NCBI RefSeq assembly: GCF_006345805.1 | Contig: NC_042997.1 | Span: 150,536,001 to 150,600,000 of the forward strand | DNA: 64,000 nucleotides | Direction of reading: 5' to 3' | From: Octopus sinensis | Lineage: Eukaryota | Translations under genes and position numbers: made by a program | Shown: positions 1 to 13,377 of the stretch, piece by piece | Numbering within the stretch: the first letter of the stretch is position 1 | Layout: every line of letters begins with the position of its first letter | The notes under the pieces: model-generated | Told to the model about the DNA's origin: nothing | The model's input: only the letters and a program-made list of their open reading frames with translations | Databases searched by the model: none

Positions 1-45
1 GCGTGTGTGTGTGTGTGTCTTTCTCCCTCTCTCTCTCTCTCTGTC

Positions 46-85
<40 letters not shown>

Positions 86-125
86 ATTTATATCGTATTT
101 TATTTTCTTTTACTTATTTCAATGA

Positions 126-316
126 TTAGACTGCAGGCAATCTTGGGGCACCGTCTTGGGAAAATTTACCCGAGCGTATCGATCCTGCAAATAATGTATT
201 TCTCTTTAAATTTCTACGCCTAGTACTTGTTCTACCAATTTCTTTTGCTGTTAACGCTAAGTTACTGGAATCTAAACAAACTAACGCCGATGGTCGGGCG
301 GTGGTTGTTCCCAATA
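126..316 (-). CDS. Candidate terminal coding exon of an unidentified minus-strand gene (xLGTTTARPSALVCLDSS...GKFSQDGAPRLPAV*)
   Basis: tatctctatgccAG acceptor, then 62 open codons to TAA at 126-128; non-repetitive and more GC-rich than the flanks. No family recognised; the antisense frame is also open. Confidence 0.25.
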
Positions 317-379
317 CTGGCATAGAGATACACATACACTTGCACACGCAGACACACACACTCACACACCCACACAGAG

Positions 380-527
380 GCATGTATGACAAGTTTCTTT
401 CAGTTTCCGTCTACCAAATACACACAGAGGGATTTAGGCTGTAGTTGAAAACACCCAAATGACATGAAGTGGCATTGAACCATGGTGTTTAGAAGGAAAC
501 TTCTAACCTCAGAGTCATGCTACTGTA
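380..527 (-). mobile_element. Decayed 5' half of tRNA-derived SINE family A
   Basis: tttctttcagtttccgtctaccaaat matches the corresponding block of the copies at 7670-8064 and 33388-33783; adjoins a (CA)n tract at the equivalent internal position. Confidence 0.65.
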
Positions 528-1449
528 AGTATGTTCGAGTTTATTTCTTTTGATCACACCGGAAGTTCAATAGCTCTAGGATTTCATTTTGGACAATAAA
601 AAAACATTCTTTCCACGTACAATCTAAGCAACGGTTCACCATTCCTCGTGGAATGCAGTAGGCTACCAGACACAGTCTTTGAATGCTTTCGCTGCCACAA
701 TGATAGATAACATCTCACTTCTTCAGAACTTTATAAGACATCTGTTCGTACATCGAAAGCAATACACAAAACATTTTGTCGTGTACTGAAACTTGCCAAT
801 TTAGAAATATTTCAGTAAAATCATGAAACAATACGAGTCAAAATAAAGTTGTATATTCGTATTTAACACGTTGTTTCATACTTGTAATTACTCGTTGCCG
901 AGAAAAAAATTTCCTAACAAATCTCGTTTGCAAAATCACAACATATTCCAAGTGAGATTTTGCAGAGTTCCGAGCACGTTGATTTAGCGTACTTTTGATT
1001 CTTCCTGGGCTGGTAGATATTACTCTGTAATTTCGAACTAGACAAGAATTCCTGTTGCTCTAAAGAAACAGCAAGAAAAATTCTCCTATTATTTACCAAG
1101 GTGACAAAGGTTAGGAGTAATTTAATATAAGTTCAAGAAGATAAAAATTATCGTGGTTACATAAATTCGGTCAGTAATTTTCCCAGAAATATTGTGCAAT
1201 TCTTCCCTCAATCAATGAGTTTCAAAATAAGAGAAGGATATGTTGCGTAGTGTGGTCATTAATTTAGAGTCATGTTTCGACTACGCTTGATCGTAAGCTT
1301 TCTAGATCGTTGCTATTCTGAGACAACACAGCTACAACAACGGTAGTTTCAATAACAGCAACAGCAACAGCAGCAAGAACAACAGCAACAACACTAACTT
1401 GATATTTTGCCACACAATCCATTACATCTAATTCTTATATATATATAAG

Positions 1450-2260
1450 GAATATTGGTAAATTGTTTGTTTTTGTACAACAGTCACCTTCCAGATTTTC
1501 TGGGCACATCAACCATATGAATCTCACCAAACTCGTTCCAAGTGTAGACTATAGTGTTATATTATATCTCCCCCCACTTACAGAAGCATCCAAAAATTTG
1601 TTGTGTAAGGTTATGTCTGTAGAAAATGTTCAACCTCTTTCATATCAAATCTGACTACTGTTGTTCTTCCACATATTATAAAAAAATGTTATTTACATTT
1701 GTGTTGTTCGTTGTACAGGTTGTCTTCATTGCCTAATTTACAATGAGCAGGTTAAATGTTGTTTATGTGAGAAAAAGCACAGAGTAAATAGCACTAACCA
1801 TTATAGCACCACATCCAGATCAATTGGAAGCAATCTTCCTTGAAGTTTTTATTTGTTCTTTTCAGACATTTATGGTTGCCATCTGGGAGAAAGAGAATTA
1901 TTGAATCATCAAAGACGATAACATGTCGGAAAGAAATTCAATTATAATTTTTTTTTCTGTGTACACTCAAAGAAATTGCTTTTCGTCAACTATGTTTAGT
2001 TTTATTCCTTTCTTTTGAACATAAGCACTGATAAAAGTTCCAGATTCTTTCAGAAATGTTTTAATGGCGTGTTTGGATACAGTTCCTCCATCACTTGTCG
2101 TGTAATCTTTCGATAACAAAACGATGGTTTGTTGCATGTCATTAGAGAATCGTTTTATGAACCTTCTCTTATCTCCTGACCTCCCAGCCTTACTGCCTAC
2201 TGACCCTAATTAGATTTTATGACTATTGTCTCTCTCTTCCTTTATTTTGGTGCTGTGTTC
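1450..2260 (-). pseudogene. Highly decayed Tc1-like transposase relic
   Basis: Manual minus-strand translation gives GRSGDKRRFIKRFSND...GGTVSKHAIKTFLKESG (Tc3_2-type HTH spacing), RHVIVFDDSIILFLPDG (cf. VIFSDESKF), SGCGAIMV (cf. GGGSVMVWG) and NTIVYTWNEFG (cf. NPIENLW) in collinear order, with many stops and frameshifts. No TIRs found. Confidence 0.5.
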
Positions 2261-2689
2261 TATGCGCGGTGATTAATTAAATGTCTATTTTCATCATTTT
2301 TGTTCTTTATTTTTTAAAATATTTCTGCTGTCCCAGAATCTATGAAGTTTCCCAAGAACATGTTTGAAAGGTCAAAATAACAACAAAACCAACAGCAAGA
2401 ATAAATAAAATAGAAGGAATGCAAAAAATATAATAGTAAAAGGAAATATAAAATGAATTTAATAAAAATGTGATTTTCAATAATCGTATAGAAAGTTACA
2501 AGGGAGGAATAAAATTTGGTTGAAAAAAATGATATAAGAGGGTATAACTAAGAAGAAAAAAAATTAAAATGCTTATGGGAAAAAATATTAAATATCAACC
2601 GAGAACAACAACAGGAACAAAAGCAACAATTTCAATAATAACAAAAAATAGAAAAATATTAAAAAATGAAAATGATAATAAATGTTATG

Positions 2690-2739
2690 ATAGCAATAAT
2701 AATAACAATGGTGATAGTTTCAAACTTTGGCACAGGGTC

Positions 2740-2830
<91 letters not shown>

Positions 2831-2922
2831 TAATAATAATAACAACAACAACAACAATAATAATAATAATAATGATGATGATGATGTCGCTAATGATGAT
2901 GATGATGATGATAATAATAATA

Positions 2923-3010
<88 letters not shown>

Positions 3011-3060
3011 GAAGAAGAAGAAGAAGAACAACAACAACAACAACAACAACAACAAAAATC
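2690..3060. repeat. Compound trinucleotide microsatellite (AAT)n(AAC)n(GAT)n(AAG)n
   Basis: Directly visible; source of the poly-I, poly-N and poly-L ORFs. Confidence 0.95.
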
Positions 3061-4029
3061 GCAACAACTACAAGGCTAATATATCTCCAAGAGTAATTGC
3101 TTTCGTTTGGCATTTGTATTGGAAATATTCAAAAAATTTTAATCGTTCCTTTTATATAATAATTTAGTTTTTAATATTTCATTGCAAATAGTGAACAATA
3201 GTGTCATGGTTACTTTGTTTCAACGTACCACTTAGTGATTCACTGCATTATTACATACCAGAATGACAAATGAGAATATGCGTAGCTTGGTTAGACACCA
3301 ATAACATGGGATATTCTTTCAAAATTCTCTGGCAGTCACGTTTTTCTGGCTTTCATTACAATTATTACACACACACACACACACACAAGCATACACATGC
3401 AGACACACTCACACACACACACAAACACATACAGATAACTCACACCACACCCGTACACACAGATATAAAAGAAAATATATACTCACGTTTGTATTCCACA
3501 CATAAACGTCTAGCACAGGAACTCAAGCACGCAAAAGATATTATTGCACTCCTGTGTCTTCAAAACTAAGACATCTATCTCTCTACAGCTATACATCAGT
3601 TCTTTTTCGGCCATGTAATGACACACGCGCTTTCCTCCCTGACTATCAGTTCCTTTCTCCTTTTCTCCTCTTTAGAATTTTCCTGTGGCATATTCGAAAC
3701 GTCGTTTTCAGTCATACTTTTTCTATCTAAAACTTTCACTGAAAGTCAATCTCACATATTCTCTGCGTACATCTAATTGACGTTTGTTGATTTTTCCATT
3801 TTTTGGCTTTTGATTTGCTTATAAGAGATGCTTCGACATTCACGCATTTTCAGTTTTTTTCAGTTCGGAATTCAATTATTATTACAGTTTGGATGTTTTA
3901 ATGAAATATAGATATTTTGAAATAATTATGAGAAAATATGACTTTATATTTATTGTTTAATAATCTGAATAAGATTAGCAGTAAGTCGAGCAGCGCTGGG
4001 TCATTCAGCTAGTATCTGTGTGTTTGTGT

Positions 4030-4090
<61 letters not shown>

Positions 4091-4592
4091 CGTGCGTGTG
4101 CGTTTGAATATTGTGTGCATTCCATTAACGTTAATCGTACTCATATCAGTTGGTACGTATTTGGTGTTTGGAAATGTTGCAGATAACTTCAAAAATAAAA
4201 TATAACAGATTGCTTTTAACATATTTACTTACATCATACGTACTTGTCATAACCAAAAAATGCTTAAGACTTACTTAATATAATTACATAATCAATATCA
4301 ATTGTCAAATCATCAGAGACCTGTAAAATTGTTGACCGTTGTAATTTTACACTTGTTGCTTCTGTCAACAATTACAAAAACCATTAATGTTACGTATTAA
4401 TATCACAGATATTTGAGGATGTGGTAATGGGTTATGTTATTTATAGTATTACCAATAGCCAATTTTTAAACCATATATGCGAAACACTGTAATTAAAAGT
4501 CTTAGAAACAGTCACTTGTTTACAATCTCTCTTTATAAGAGAGATGGTAAACAAGAGATTGCATTTGCATATATATATATATATATATATAT

Positions 4593-4626
4593 GTAGGAGT
4601 GGGTGTGTGGTAAGTAGCTTGCTTAC
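4593..4626 (+). mobile_element. Truncated head of SINE family A
   Basis: gtaggagtgggtgtgtggtaagtagcttgcttac is nearly identical to the start of the copy at 33388, then the similarity breaks off. Confidence 0.7.
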
Positions 4627-4627
4627 T

Positions 4628-5840
4628 GCGCATGCGCTGGTTAGTTGCTTCCACACTAAATACTGTCAAGACGTGCTTCGTAGCCATCTTGAAGTGAAGA
4701 ACTTTTGAAGGCGCGACTGTAAGATAGGCATCTACTTTGGGGGTGGTTTAGTGGGGTTTTGTTGTTTGATATTGTTTTTCCTTTTTCAAATAAAAGATCC
4801 TCAGTGGGTCCCGGACAGTCGCGCTCAGTGACTCACTTAGCTGTGAGAATTTTTGTTTTAGGAGCGTGTCATGCCCCCGAAAAATTGTGAAACTTTGGAA
4901 AATTCTAACAGTTTGTGGAGGAATGTTTTGTGCTCCTGCTGCTGTGACCCTGGACTACATTTTTGGACTACCTTTATTTGGAATACAAGTTAGCCAGGAT
5001 TACCGTGTGGCTAAAATTGTGTGTTGTCGTGACTTGAACTGTCTTCCTTCCTTCCTTTTTCTCTGCTCTGTCTTTCTGCTCTTCTTTGTGTTTTGAACTT
5101 TATTTTGACTATTTATTTTGAACTGATTCTGGACTTTCTTCTGTGTTGGAGTGGGGAGATTGTAAATCCCAAGCAGTGGTTAAAAGACTTAAACGAGAGG
5201 ACCGTGGTGTTGAGGATTCATTCTATGTCACTCGACACCATTACGGTATTTCCTTAAATTGAAATTGAAAAAGAGTTAGCAGAATATCTGCGAACTATCA
5301 AGTTTATTAATGGAGAAAAGAAAGGAAAGGAAAAACGGGGCATCGCCGGTGGTTGCTAATACACCGCCGGCACATCCCGAAACCCCGTCGATGGGATTTG
5401 TGTCACCGACGGTGAAAACTGTGGCCTTTCTCTATGTGGAGGAGGAATTTGTAATCCTATTCCACAAGGGAGGGGCAAATCAAGAATTTGTTAGAAAGTT
5501 TAACAAAGTAGGTGAGTGGGGAGTGATTCTAACCTGTACTAAGGACACTGATTGGCCTCCGCAGGTAGATGAGGAGGTCGTGTGAGAAACAAATTTGTGC
5601 AAGGCGATGAACTCCTTCCCCAAAGACACATTGCGCTTCATGCTGAAGAACCCCGATCGAGGTACTTGAGTGAGGCACTGAACCTGGCCGGGTGCCGGTG
5701 GGGTATAAAATAATTAATAGGCTAAGTGCCTCGTATTGTTTATTGTCTGTAAGAGGCTCAGCGCCTGAATTTGTAATGGACTATTAATTCCAGTAATTGT
5801 GGAACTGAAGTAAGTTCTTTAATACCTCGTTTTGTTTTTT
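4628..5840 (+). mobile_element. L1/Tx1-like LINE derivative: T-rich 5' UTR plus decayed ORF1 N-terminus, internally deleted
   Basis: Frame near 5150-5330 reads GEIVNPKQWLKDLNERTVVLRIHSMSLDTITVFP*IEIEKELAEYLRTIKFI, paralogous to the peptide at 7170-7330. YY1-type GCCATCTT at 4683-4690. Clade assignment is inference. Confidence 0.45.
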
Positions 5841-6045
5841 GTTTTGAAAAAATGAACAATATTTTAGAGAAACAGAAAATAAGCGGGCCTCTTTTGCCTT
5901 CTCCCATTTATACCATCCTTTTCATGACTCATCTCATTAATGTGTTTTGTCCATCCCGCAAGCTACTCCCTCTGTATACGACCTTCATCGCCAATGAAAT
6001 GTAATACAGTAGCTTGCTCACCGCTTACACGCAGACGATGTTGTT

Positions 6046-6270
6046 AGTGTCGTTCTTGGCACTAAGGAAGTCGTACGCTATTTTGTAGCTGCGAATTAAT
6101 GACAAAAAGAGCTCAACTAAGGTAAGGCTTTTGTTTTTTGGGGGTGTGGGGGTTTGTTATTTGGTGTGTAATATTATTTCCCAGGTAAGAAGTTCTCACT
6201 GGATTCTAGAAATTTGTCGGCTAGCAGTTGAGCATTATTGTTCACTTAAAGTGAATTGTTTTGGTGGGCT
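6046..6270 (+). repeat. Diverged direct repeat, copy 1 (copy 2 at about 6657-6880)
   Basis: ttggcactaaggaagtcg(t/c)acg(c/t)tattttgtagctgc...gagcattattgttcactt is present in both copies. Confidence 0.85.
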
Positions 6271-6656
6271 TGTCTCGCCGTGTGGTAAGTAGCTTACTGT
6301 GATTTTTCCTTGTAGCTGCCAGTTGGATTACGAGTGAACGGAGGAATGTTGCATGAAATATTAATTTTGTGTTGCTGACGGGCATTTTTGTGAACAGTCT
6401 TCGTGTTCTGAAATCTTTTCCATTTTTTTTTTGGAGTACGAGTTAGGCATTATTGGCCGAAGATCCTGTGTTTGTTCATCTGCTTTTTGGTTTCTTGTTT
6501 CCTTGCCTATTATTGTTGGTTTTTCTTCTTTCTGCTTCTATTACATATATTGTGTCTCTTTTTTATGTTTATTTCATATATTTGTTTTTCCCTTTCCTAT
6601 CTATTATTTTTTCCCTTTTATCTTAATTTTCTGGACTTTTATTTTGATGAACAAGT

Positions 6657-7520
6657 CTAAGTGTTGTTTTGGCACTAAGGAAGTCGCACGTTATTTTGTA
6701 GCTGCAAATTATTGACGAAAATAGCTCAACTGTAGGGTAAGACTTTCGTTTGTTTGGTCCAGTGGGGTTTTTTTGTTTGGTGTGTAATATTTTCCCAGGC
6801 AAGGAGTCATAGGATTTTGGACATTTGTCGGCTTGCAGTTGAGTATTATTATTCACTTTAGGTGAATTGTTTTGGTGAGCGTGTCTCGACGCCAAGAGTT
6901 CAAACTGTGAATTAAAAAATAAGTCCAGGTGTACAAATTGGTCGGGATTCAATTTTTTTTGTGGTGCTGTCGTAATTTCAACTGTCGTCGCCGTCAGAAC
7001 TTTCATTGTGCTTCAAACTGTTTTTTTTTTACGTTCTTTCGTTTCTGTTCTATTGTTGTATCTTTTCTCTGTCTTTCTTGCAGCCGGTTTTTTCTAGACT
7101 CTTCATTTTTTGTAAGGACTATTTTGTGAACTTCTTTTTAAAAAAGAGAGGCATGATGTAAAAGGTGAACGATGTCTTGGAGTTGGAGATTATTCCACCC
7201 AAAGAGTGGCTTAAACAGTAAGAATAGAAGACGGTGGTGTTGAGAACGTATTCGAAAGTTCTCGACGCCATTGTCGTCTTCTCCAACCAGTGGATTGAAG
7301 AGGAGTTGGCAAAATATCTGCCAACTATGAAATTTGTTGCCCGGTGTGTCAGATAGGCAACGATTTGGTTGCTATTTGACAAACAGGAAAAGACTCGTAA
7401 TTTTGCGAGCCAGCCCTTGGAGGGCAATTGAATTTTAGTTGTTCCCATATATTTTGGGAGGAAGTTGACGAGGGCCTGGATTTGCGGTTTGCCACCCAAT
7501 ATTCAACCAGGGGCCGTATT
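6657..7520 (+). mobile_element. Second L1/Tx1-like 5' end with decayed ORF1
   Basis: Frame near 7170-7510 reads LELEIIPPKEWLKQ*E*KTVVLRTYSKVLDAIVVFSNQWIEEELAKYLPTMKFVARCVR*ATIWLLFDKQEKTRNFASQPLEGN*ILVVPIYFGRKLTRAWICGLPPNIQ. The RRM-like RAWICGLPP resembles LINE ORF1 proteins. Confidence 0.5.
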
Positions 7521-7669
7521 ATCGACTTTTTCAACAACCTAAGTATGACACGACGTTTCCAGACACGTGTGAAGTTTAATCAAAATCAATAAAACGATGT
7601 AGGAGGTGTTAGTTAACAAAGCCCCAAAGAAACACACACCGATTTTCCACACATGTAGCATATATATAT

Positions 7670-8064
7670 ACTCTCTCTCTTACTCTTTTACTTGTCTCAG
7701 TCATTTGACTGCGGTCATGCTGGAGCACCGCCTTTACTCGAGGAAATTGACCGCAGAACTTTTTCTTTGTAAGCCTATTACTTATTTTATCGGTCTCGTT
7801 TTGCGACGTAAACACAGCAGCATCGGTTGTCAATCGATGTTGGGGTGGGGGGCCAAAGGACACACAAAAGCACACACACACACACACATATATATAAATT
7901 TATGACAGGCTTCTTTCAGTTTCCGTCTACCAAATCCACTCACAGGGCTTTGGTCGGCTTCAGGCTATAGCAGAAGACACATGCTCAAGGTGTCACGCAG
8001 TGGGACTGAACCCAGAGCTATGTGGTTGGTAAGTAAGCTACTTACCACACGGCCACTCCTGCCC
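7670..8064 (-). mobile_element. Full-length tRNA-derived SINE family A
   Basis: Reverse complement of the 33388-33783 copy, with A/B-box head, internal (TA)/(TG) tract and aaaagagt tail. Confidence 0.9.
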
Positions 8065-8077
8065 CTACATGCATGTC

Positions 8078-8110
<33 letters not shown>

Positions 8111-8552
8111 GAAACTGAATGCAACATCTAATTACACAGATTTCTAACAGGACCGAGCACAATTGTCTATATCAAATGTTAGTTATAAATACCTTGTGTC
8201 TTTAAATTACTGAACGTGCTTAGAGTATGAATAAAGAAATAATGATAAATTTGCGTAAAAATTAGAACATAATACATAGAAATAGAATTGGATAAAAATA
8301 CACGAGTGTGCACATATGACGTATATATCAGAGAAGGAAACCAATATTTGGCAACGCTCCAAAATGTACACAGCAAATAGGAAATATGTGCATGCCTCAA
8401 AACTCTCAGTAAATAATTAAATGTTAGAAAGAATTTGAAAATAAAAACATAAATAATACATTCGTATATGCAAACACTCCACGCACGTTCAGCCAAGCAC
8501 TCTTGCGTATATATATATATGTATGGATGTATGTATGCATATATACACACTT

Positions 8553-8617
<65 letters not shown>

Positions 8618-8654
8618 GGATGTATGTACGTATGCATATATACACACTTGGACA

Positions 8655-8737
<83 letters not shown>

Positions 8738-9972
8738 TATATATATATATTTATGTGTGTATGTTAATATATAATTATATGTGTGTATGCGTACACGTGT
8801 TTATTGATATAATTGGTGAATAAGCCGACAGTTACTGCTTAGCTTTAGTCAAAAATTCGAAAGAAATTGTGTAATATACTTTACTTTACTGTTAATATGG
8901 AATCTCCACATCAGTAAATATTCTATTTTTAACCAGAAAATTTCTTTTAAATGCCAACATAGTATTAGCATGCGTATTATAGCTATACAATAAGTGTGGT
9001 CTGTGCTTTTGCGTTTATATAAGTGAGAATGTTTGTAGGTGTGTCTGTGTGATCGAGAGTGTGTGTTTGTGTGTGTATATGTCTACATATATGTTTAAAT
9101 AACGTATATGTCTAAACAATTGTATATTTGATTCATCAGTATTGTGTGCAACGTAAATGTTAAAAAAGTCATTTATTTTCTACTTTTAACCGAAATTGAG
9201 GATAAATTAAAGCGAGTGATTGGTATTGATCGGTATTGATCACTAATCATTTTGGTTACTGATGAAAATTGATAGTACTATCGTGATGGAACAGCCATTC
9301 ATATAATTGTCACGTTTGTTCGTTCTATTCATACTGCCCGTCTAAGATGATTTCTTAAGTAGGTTTTATGAAATAATCCAGCCTCTTGAGAGAGAATTTG
9401 ATTATTTATCTACGAAGACTGATCATGGTTAAAGTTCACGCTAGACTACTTACAATTCTTTCAAGTCTTTACAGCAAGTCTGAGAATATTTCCATTTATT
9501 GAAAATATACGAACGTCCGGCACCCTGCCAGAAATCTTTCGTTCCAACAAATTTTACAAGCAATTATTAACTAAACTTACAGTCACGATCGCATTATGTT
9601 TTGGTCTTCCTATTATATAAATATAATAATACATTGAATAATGGAAAGTCGAAGCCTGCACTAACCTCTCCGTACAGACATTCTTGCTCGGTACAACAGC
9701 CGTCTGGACATTCGGCGTCTCACAACGATAATCCTTCTGGTTTTTCTCGAGTAGAGTACGAGCATTGCACTTCTCTTTCGTTAGAACGGGAAGAGAAACC
9801 GAGGTTTAGCTGTACTATTGTTAAAGAATTCGCTTTACAAACATGTAAACACGGCTGGTCGACTCAAGTCTACCATATGTAACACCAGGTTAACGAATGC
9901 ATTGTGAGTAAAATAAATAGACTGAAAACATGTGGAATAAATTCATACACACACACAGACAGACAGACAGAT

Positions 9973-10176
<204 letters not shown>

Positions 10177-10480
10177 TTTTTCTGGAAACATTGGTTCGAG
10201 AAGCGCAAAAGGCTTTAAATAAAAGCAACTCATGTTGGGGTGAAAAACTTGAAGTCTGTCAGTGGGACAAGTGGAGAACACCTTAGTCGTCAGGAGGTGT
10301 GGAGTTTTGCCCAGCCAGCACATTGGGACTTCTATTCCAAAAGTTTCTTTCGACACAGTATTTACATGGTTCAATTAATAGCTCAAGTTAATTCGAAATG
10401 CACTCCTCTCGAGAGTACTATTTCACTTTCTTCCGGAATGTAATAGTCTTATCACGCCTAATATCATTCACACTAACATA

Positions 10481-11062
10481 TACGGGGTGCATTCAAAAAG
10501 TTTTCGACGTTATTTTTTTCACGTCAGAACTAAAGCTGCATGGGCAAATATTTTTTTGGGTCTGAGGCAACGGCACCCTTCATGCACATGCACGAAAGCT
10601 TTCACGCTGGTAGGCCGTGTCAATTCCCTTTTGTGAGCAGATATCTTGTGCGCGCTCGTTGTATTTTCATTTCCGCGCTTCGCATCGAGCAGGGACCATA
10701 AACTCATGCCACACCACCAGGGATGATGGTCTTCATAAAATCTGGATCGTGGTTTACACAGCTCAGCATATCCTAAGCTAATTCAACGCAGAGTTGCTTC
10801 TGCTCCTCCATCAGCACATTGGAGACGAATTTTGCCGATACTCTCTGCATGCACAAATGCTCACTTAAAATTGAATCAACTGATCCTGCGCTTATCTCTA
10901 TTTCATGATTAATTCCTGGATTGTTACACGATTGTCTTCCATCACTATTCACCGAAACTTATCAATTTGCGCCTTGTTTCGGCCTGTTGATGGCCAGGCT
11001 CAGTGTTCCTCGCTGTTCGTGACATGCAACCATGTTTGCAGCTGTTGTACCACTCCCTGATT
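10481..11062 (-). mobile_element. Mariner fragment: one TIR-like end and an N-terminal transposase piece
   Basis: TA-CGGGGTGCATTCAAAAAGTT at 10481 resembles mariner TIRs. Minus frames near 10700-11060 give decayed KSG...(RSGRP-like)...SAGSVDSIL...RVSAKFV and DPDFMKTII. The second TIR is absent. Confidence 0.6.
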
Positions 11063-11084
11063 TGAGTTGTATATATGTATATGT

Positions 11085-11092
11085 GTATATAA

Positions 11093-11124
<32 letters not shown>

Positions 11125-11372
11125 GCGTGTGTGTGTGTGTGCGTGTGTGTGTGTATGCGTGTGTCTGTATTTGTCCTCCCAGCATCGCTTGCCAACCGAT
11201 GCTGGTGTGTTTACGTCCCCGTAACTTAGCGGTTCGGCAAAAGTGACCGATAAAATAAGTACTAGGCTTACGAAGAATATGTCCTGGGGTTGATTAGCTC
11301 GATTAAAGGCGGTGCTCCAGCATGGCCGCAGTCAAATGACTGAAACAAGCAAAAGTGTAAAAGAGTAAAGAG
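11085..11372 (+). mobile_element. 3' half of SINE family A
   Basis: gtgtttacgtccccgtaacttagcggttcggcaaaag...gcatggccgcagtcaaatgactgaaac matches the 3' half of 33388-33783. Confidence 0.9.
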
Positions 11373-13229
11373 TTGTAATTAAAACATGAAAATCAGATAA
11401 AGTCTACTTCGGGGGCCATAAAGGAAAAATATCATTACTATTTGAGACTGAGGCTGCCGAAGCACCAATATCGCAAGAAATAAGCGTTAAAAACTTTTAA
11501 TGTTGTATGAAGCACACAGTCTATATATACTCGGAGGTTCTCTCTTTTTAAGTGTTTTTAACTCTTATTTCTTGCAATATTGATATTTCGACACCCTCAG
11601 TCATAATTACAATTAGTAGCCATAAAATGTTTCACACACATATAATATATACATATAGATACATACATACATTCGCATCAAACACGCAGATATATATGTG
11701 TGTGTATGTGTGTGTGTGTGGAGAGAGACAGAAAGAGAGAAAGGTGAGAGAAAGAGAGAGAGAGAGAGAGTAATTCAGAGAGACAGAGAGATAAACCCAA
11801 AATAAGAATTTTAAGTTGATCTAATACCCATAATATTTCCGAATTCCAATACATTTTAAATTTGCTGTGTGGAAGCAATCAATTTCAAATCAGTGGTACT
11901 GTACTAACTCTATTACTACAGTGTCATAATAATACCTTTAACATTTATGAAAGTCTGAGTGTTTGATTTGGTCCAGTACTCGGGATACTTTTAATGAAAC
12001 AAATTACAATAATCAAATTGAATTGCAACGGTAAATGGGTAGACTTCATTTTTGCAAGATACTAATTAATAGACTAGCCATTCTATTTGTCTACTTCGAT
12101 GTATTGAAATCGTCATAAATAATTGAGCTTCATTATTATGTTTCTTATAAATAATATCGGTTGAACGAATCAGATTATTAGTAATATATAATAGTGTAAT
12201 ACTATTAAATCAAATCGAGATTTTTAAGCAAGAAAGAAACATTTTATAGCATATAGTTTCTACTTTAACATTATTGTGTTAAATGAACACTATATCACAA
12301 GTAATTTTGAATAAAATATAATCACATTTTCAACGGTACAAAAAAGAGAAAAATGGTGTATATTAAGGTTATAATTGTAAATGAAAAATTTTAACTTGTG
12401 TATCACGGTTGCGTAAGTAACAATACTATGTATTAGTGAATACTTGAAATTTAGCATTTAAGAATCACGATTTAACGTTAGAATTTAAATAAATACAACA
12501 TATCAAGATAATCACACTTATTCAAATTTATTGCATAATTTACTACTTCTATGCTGTTCTTTGACAGTTATAAACGTCTCAGACAGATAACTATGTGTCT
12601 TTAGGTTACATAATTCATAGAGGAACATTTGTATTCGTATCGATTAACACTGCCTGGCTAACTGACCTATGTACATTGGTCGGATAAATATGCGCCTGGA
12701 CCGATAGCAATAATAACAAGGGTATAAATTTAGAGTCACTTTATAATATATGCTTAGTCTTGAGTCCTGGCTTAGTTTGATCAAGGCATCTAAATATTCT
12801 ATCAAATTTTCGCAGAAGTCCAGTAATTTTAAGGGAACTTTTAAGTTTATTACAGAGACACCGGTTTTCAACTGGTACTTAAATTATCAACCGGGAAAGA
12901 ATGAATGACAAAATCAATTTCGGTGGAATTTGAATACAGAGCGTAAAGAAAACTAATAAATACAAAAATAAAGTAGAATATAGAATGAAAGTACATTAAT
13001 AAAGACTGCTCGTTTAAATTATTTATATCACTGTAGAAGTTTTATCATTCATATAGCTACTTGATAGATAGTAGCAATTAGAATTGTTATTAAAAATGTG
13101 TATATGATATAAACCGCAATATAAAATGTACTGACTAATCGCTTACACTTTCCGGATGTATGTAAACGCGTAGCCGACTCTTCTCTTTTTCTTTTTCCGT
13201 TGTGATCATTTAAGAAATGAAATATTTGT

Positions 13230-13275
<46 letters not shown>

Positions 13276-13326
13276 GTATACATATATGTATGTATATGTA
13301 TATGTATGTATATGTATATGATTGTA

Positions 13327-13377
<51 letters not shown>

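Noticed and set aside
2569-3167. ORFs rich in poly-I, poly-N or poly-L; also the IYIY, HTHT, CVCV and IYLS ORFs throughout the track
   Set aside because: Translations of (AAT)n, (TA)n, (CA)n and (GATA)n microsatellites.
9668-9904. CACTAAC branch point plus acceptor on +, and the Cys-rich peptide DAECPDGCCTEQEC or LRRCT-like DYRCETP on -
   Set aside because: All + frames stop before the GTGAGT donor. The - peptides are in different frames, lack a clean acceptor, or follow a stop. Cannot be assembled into a model.
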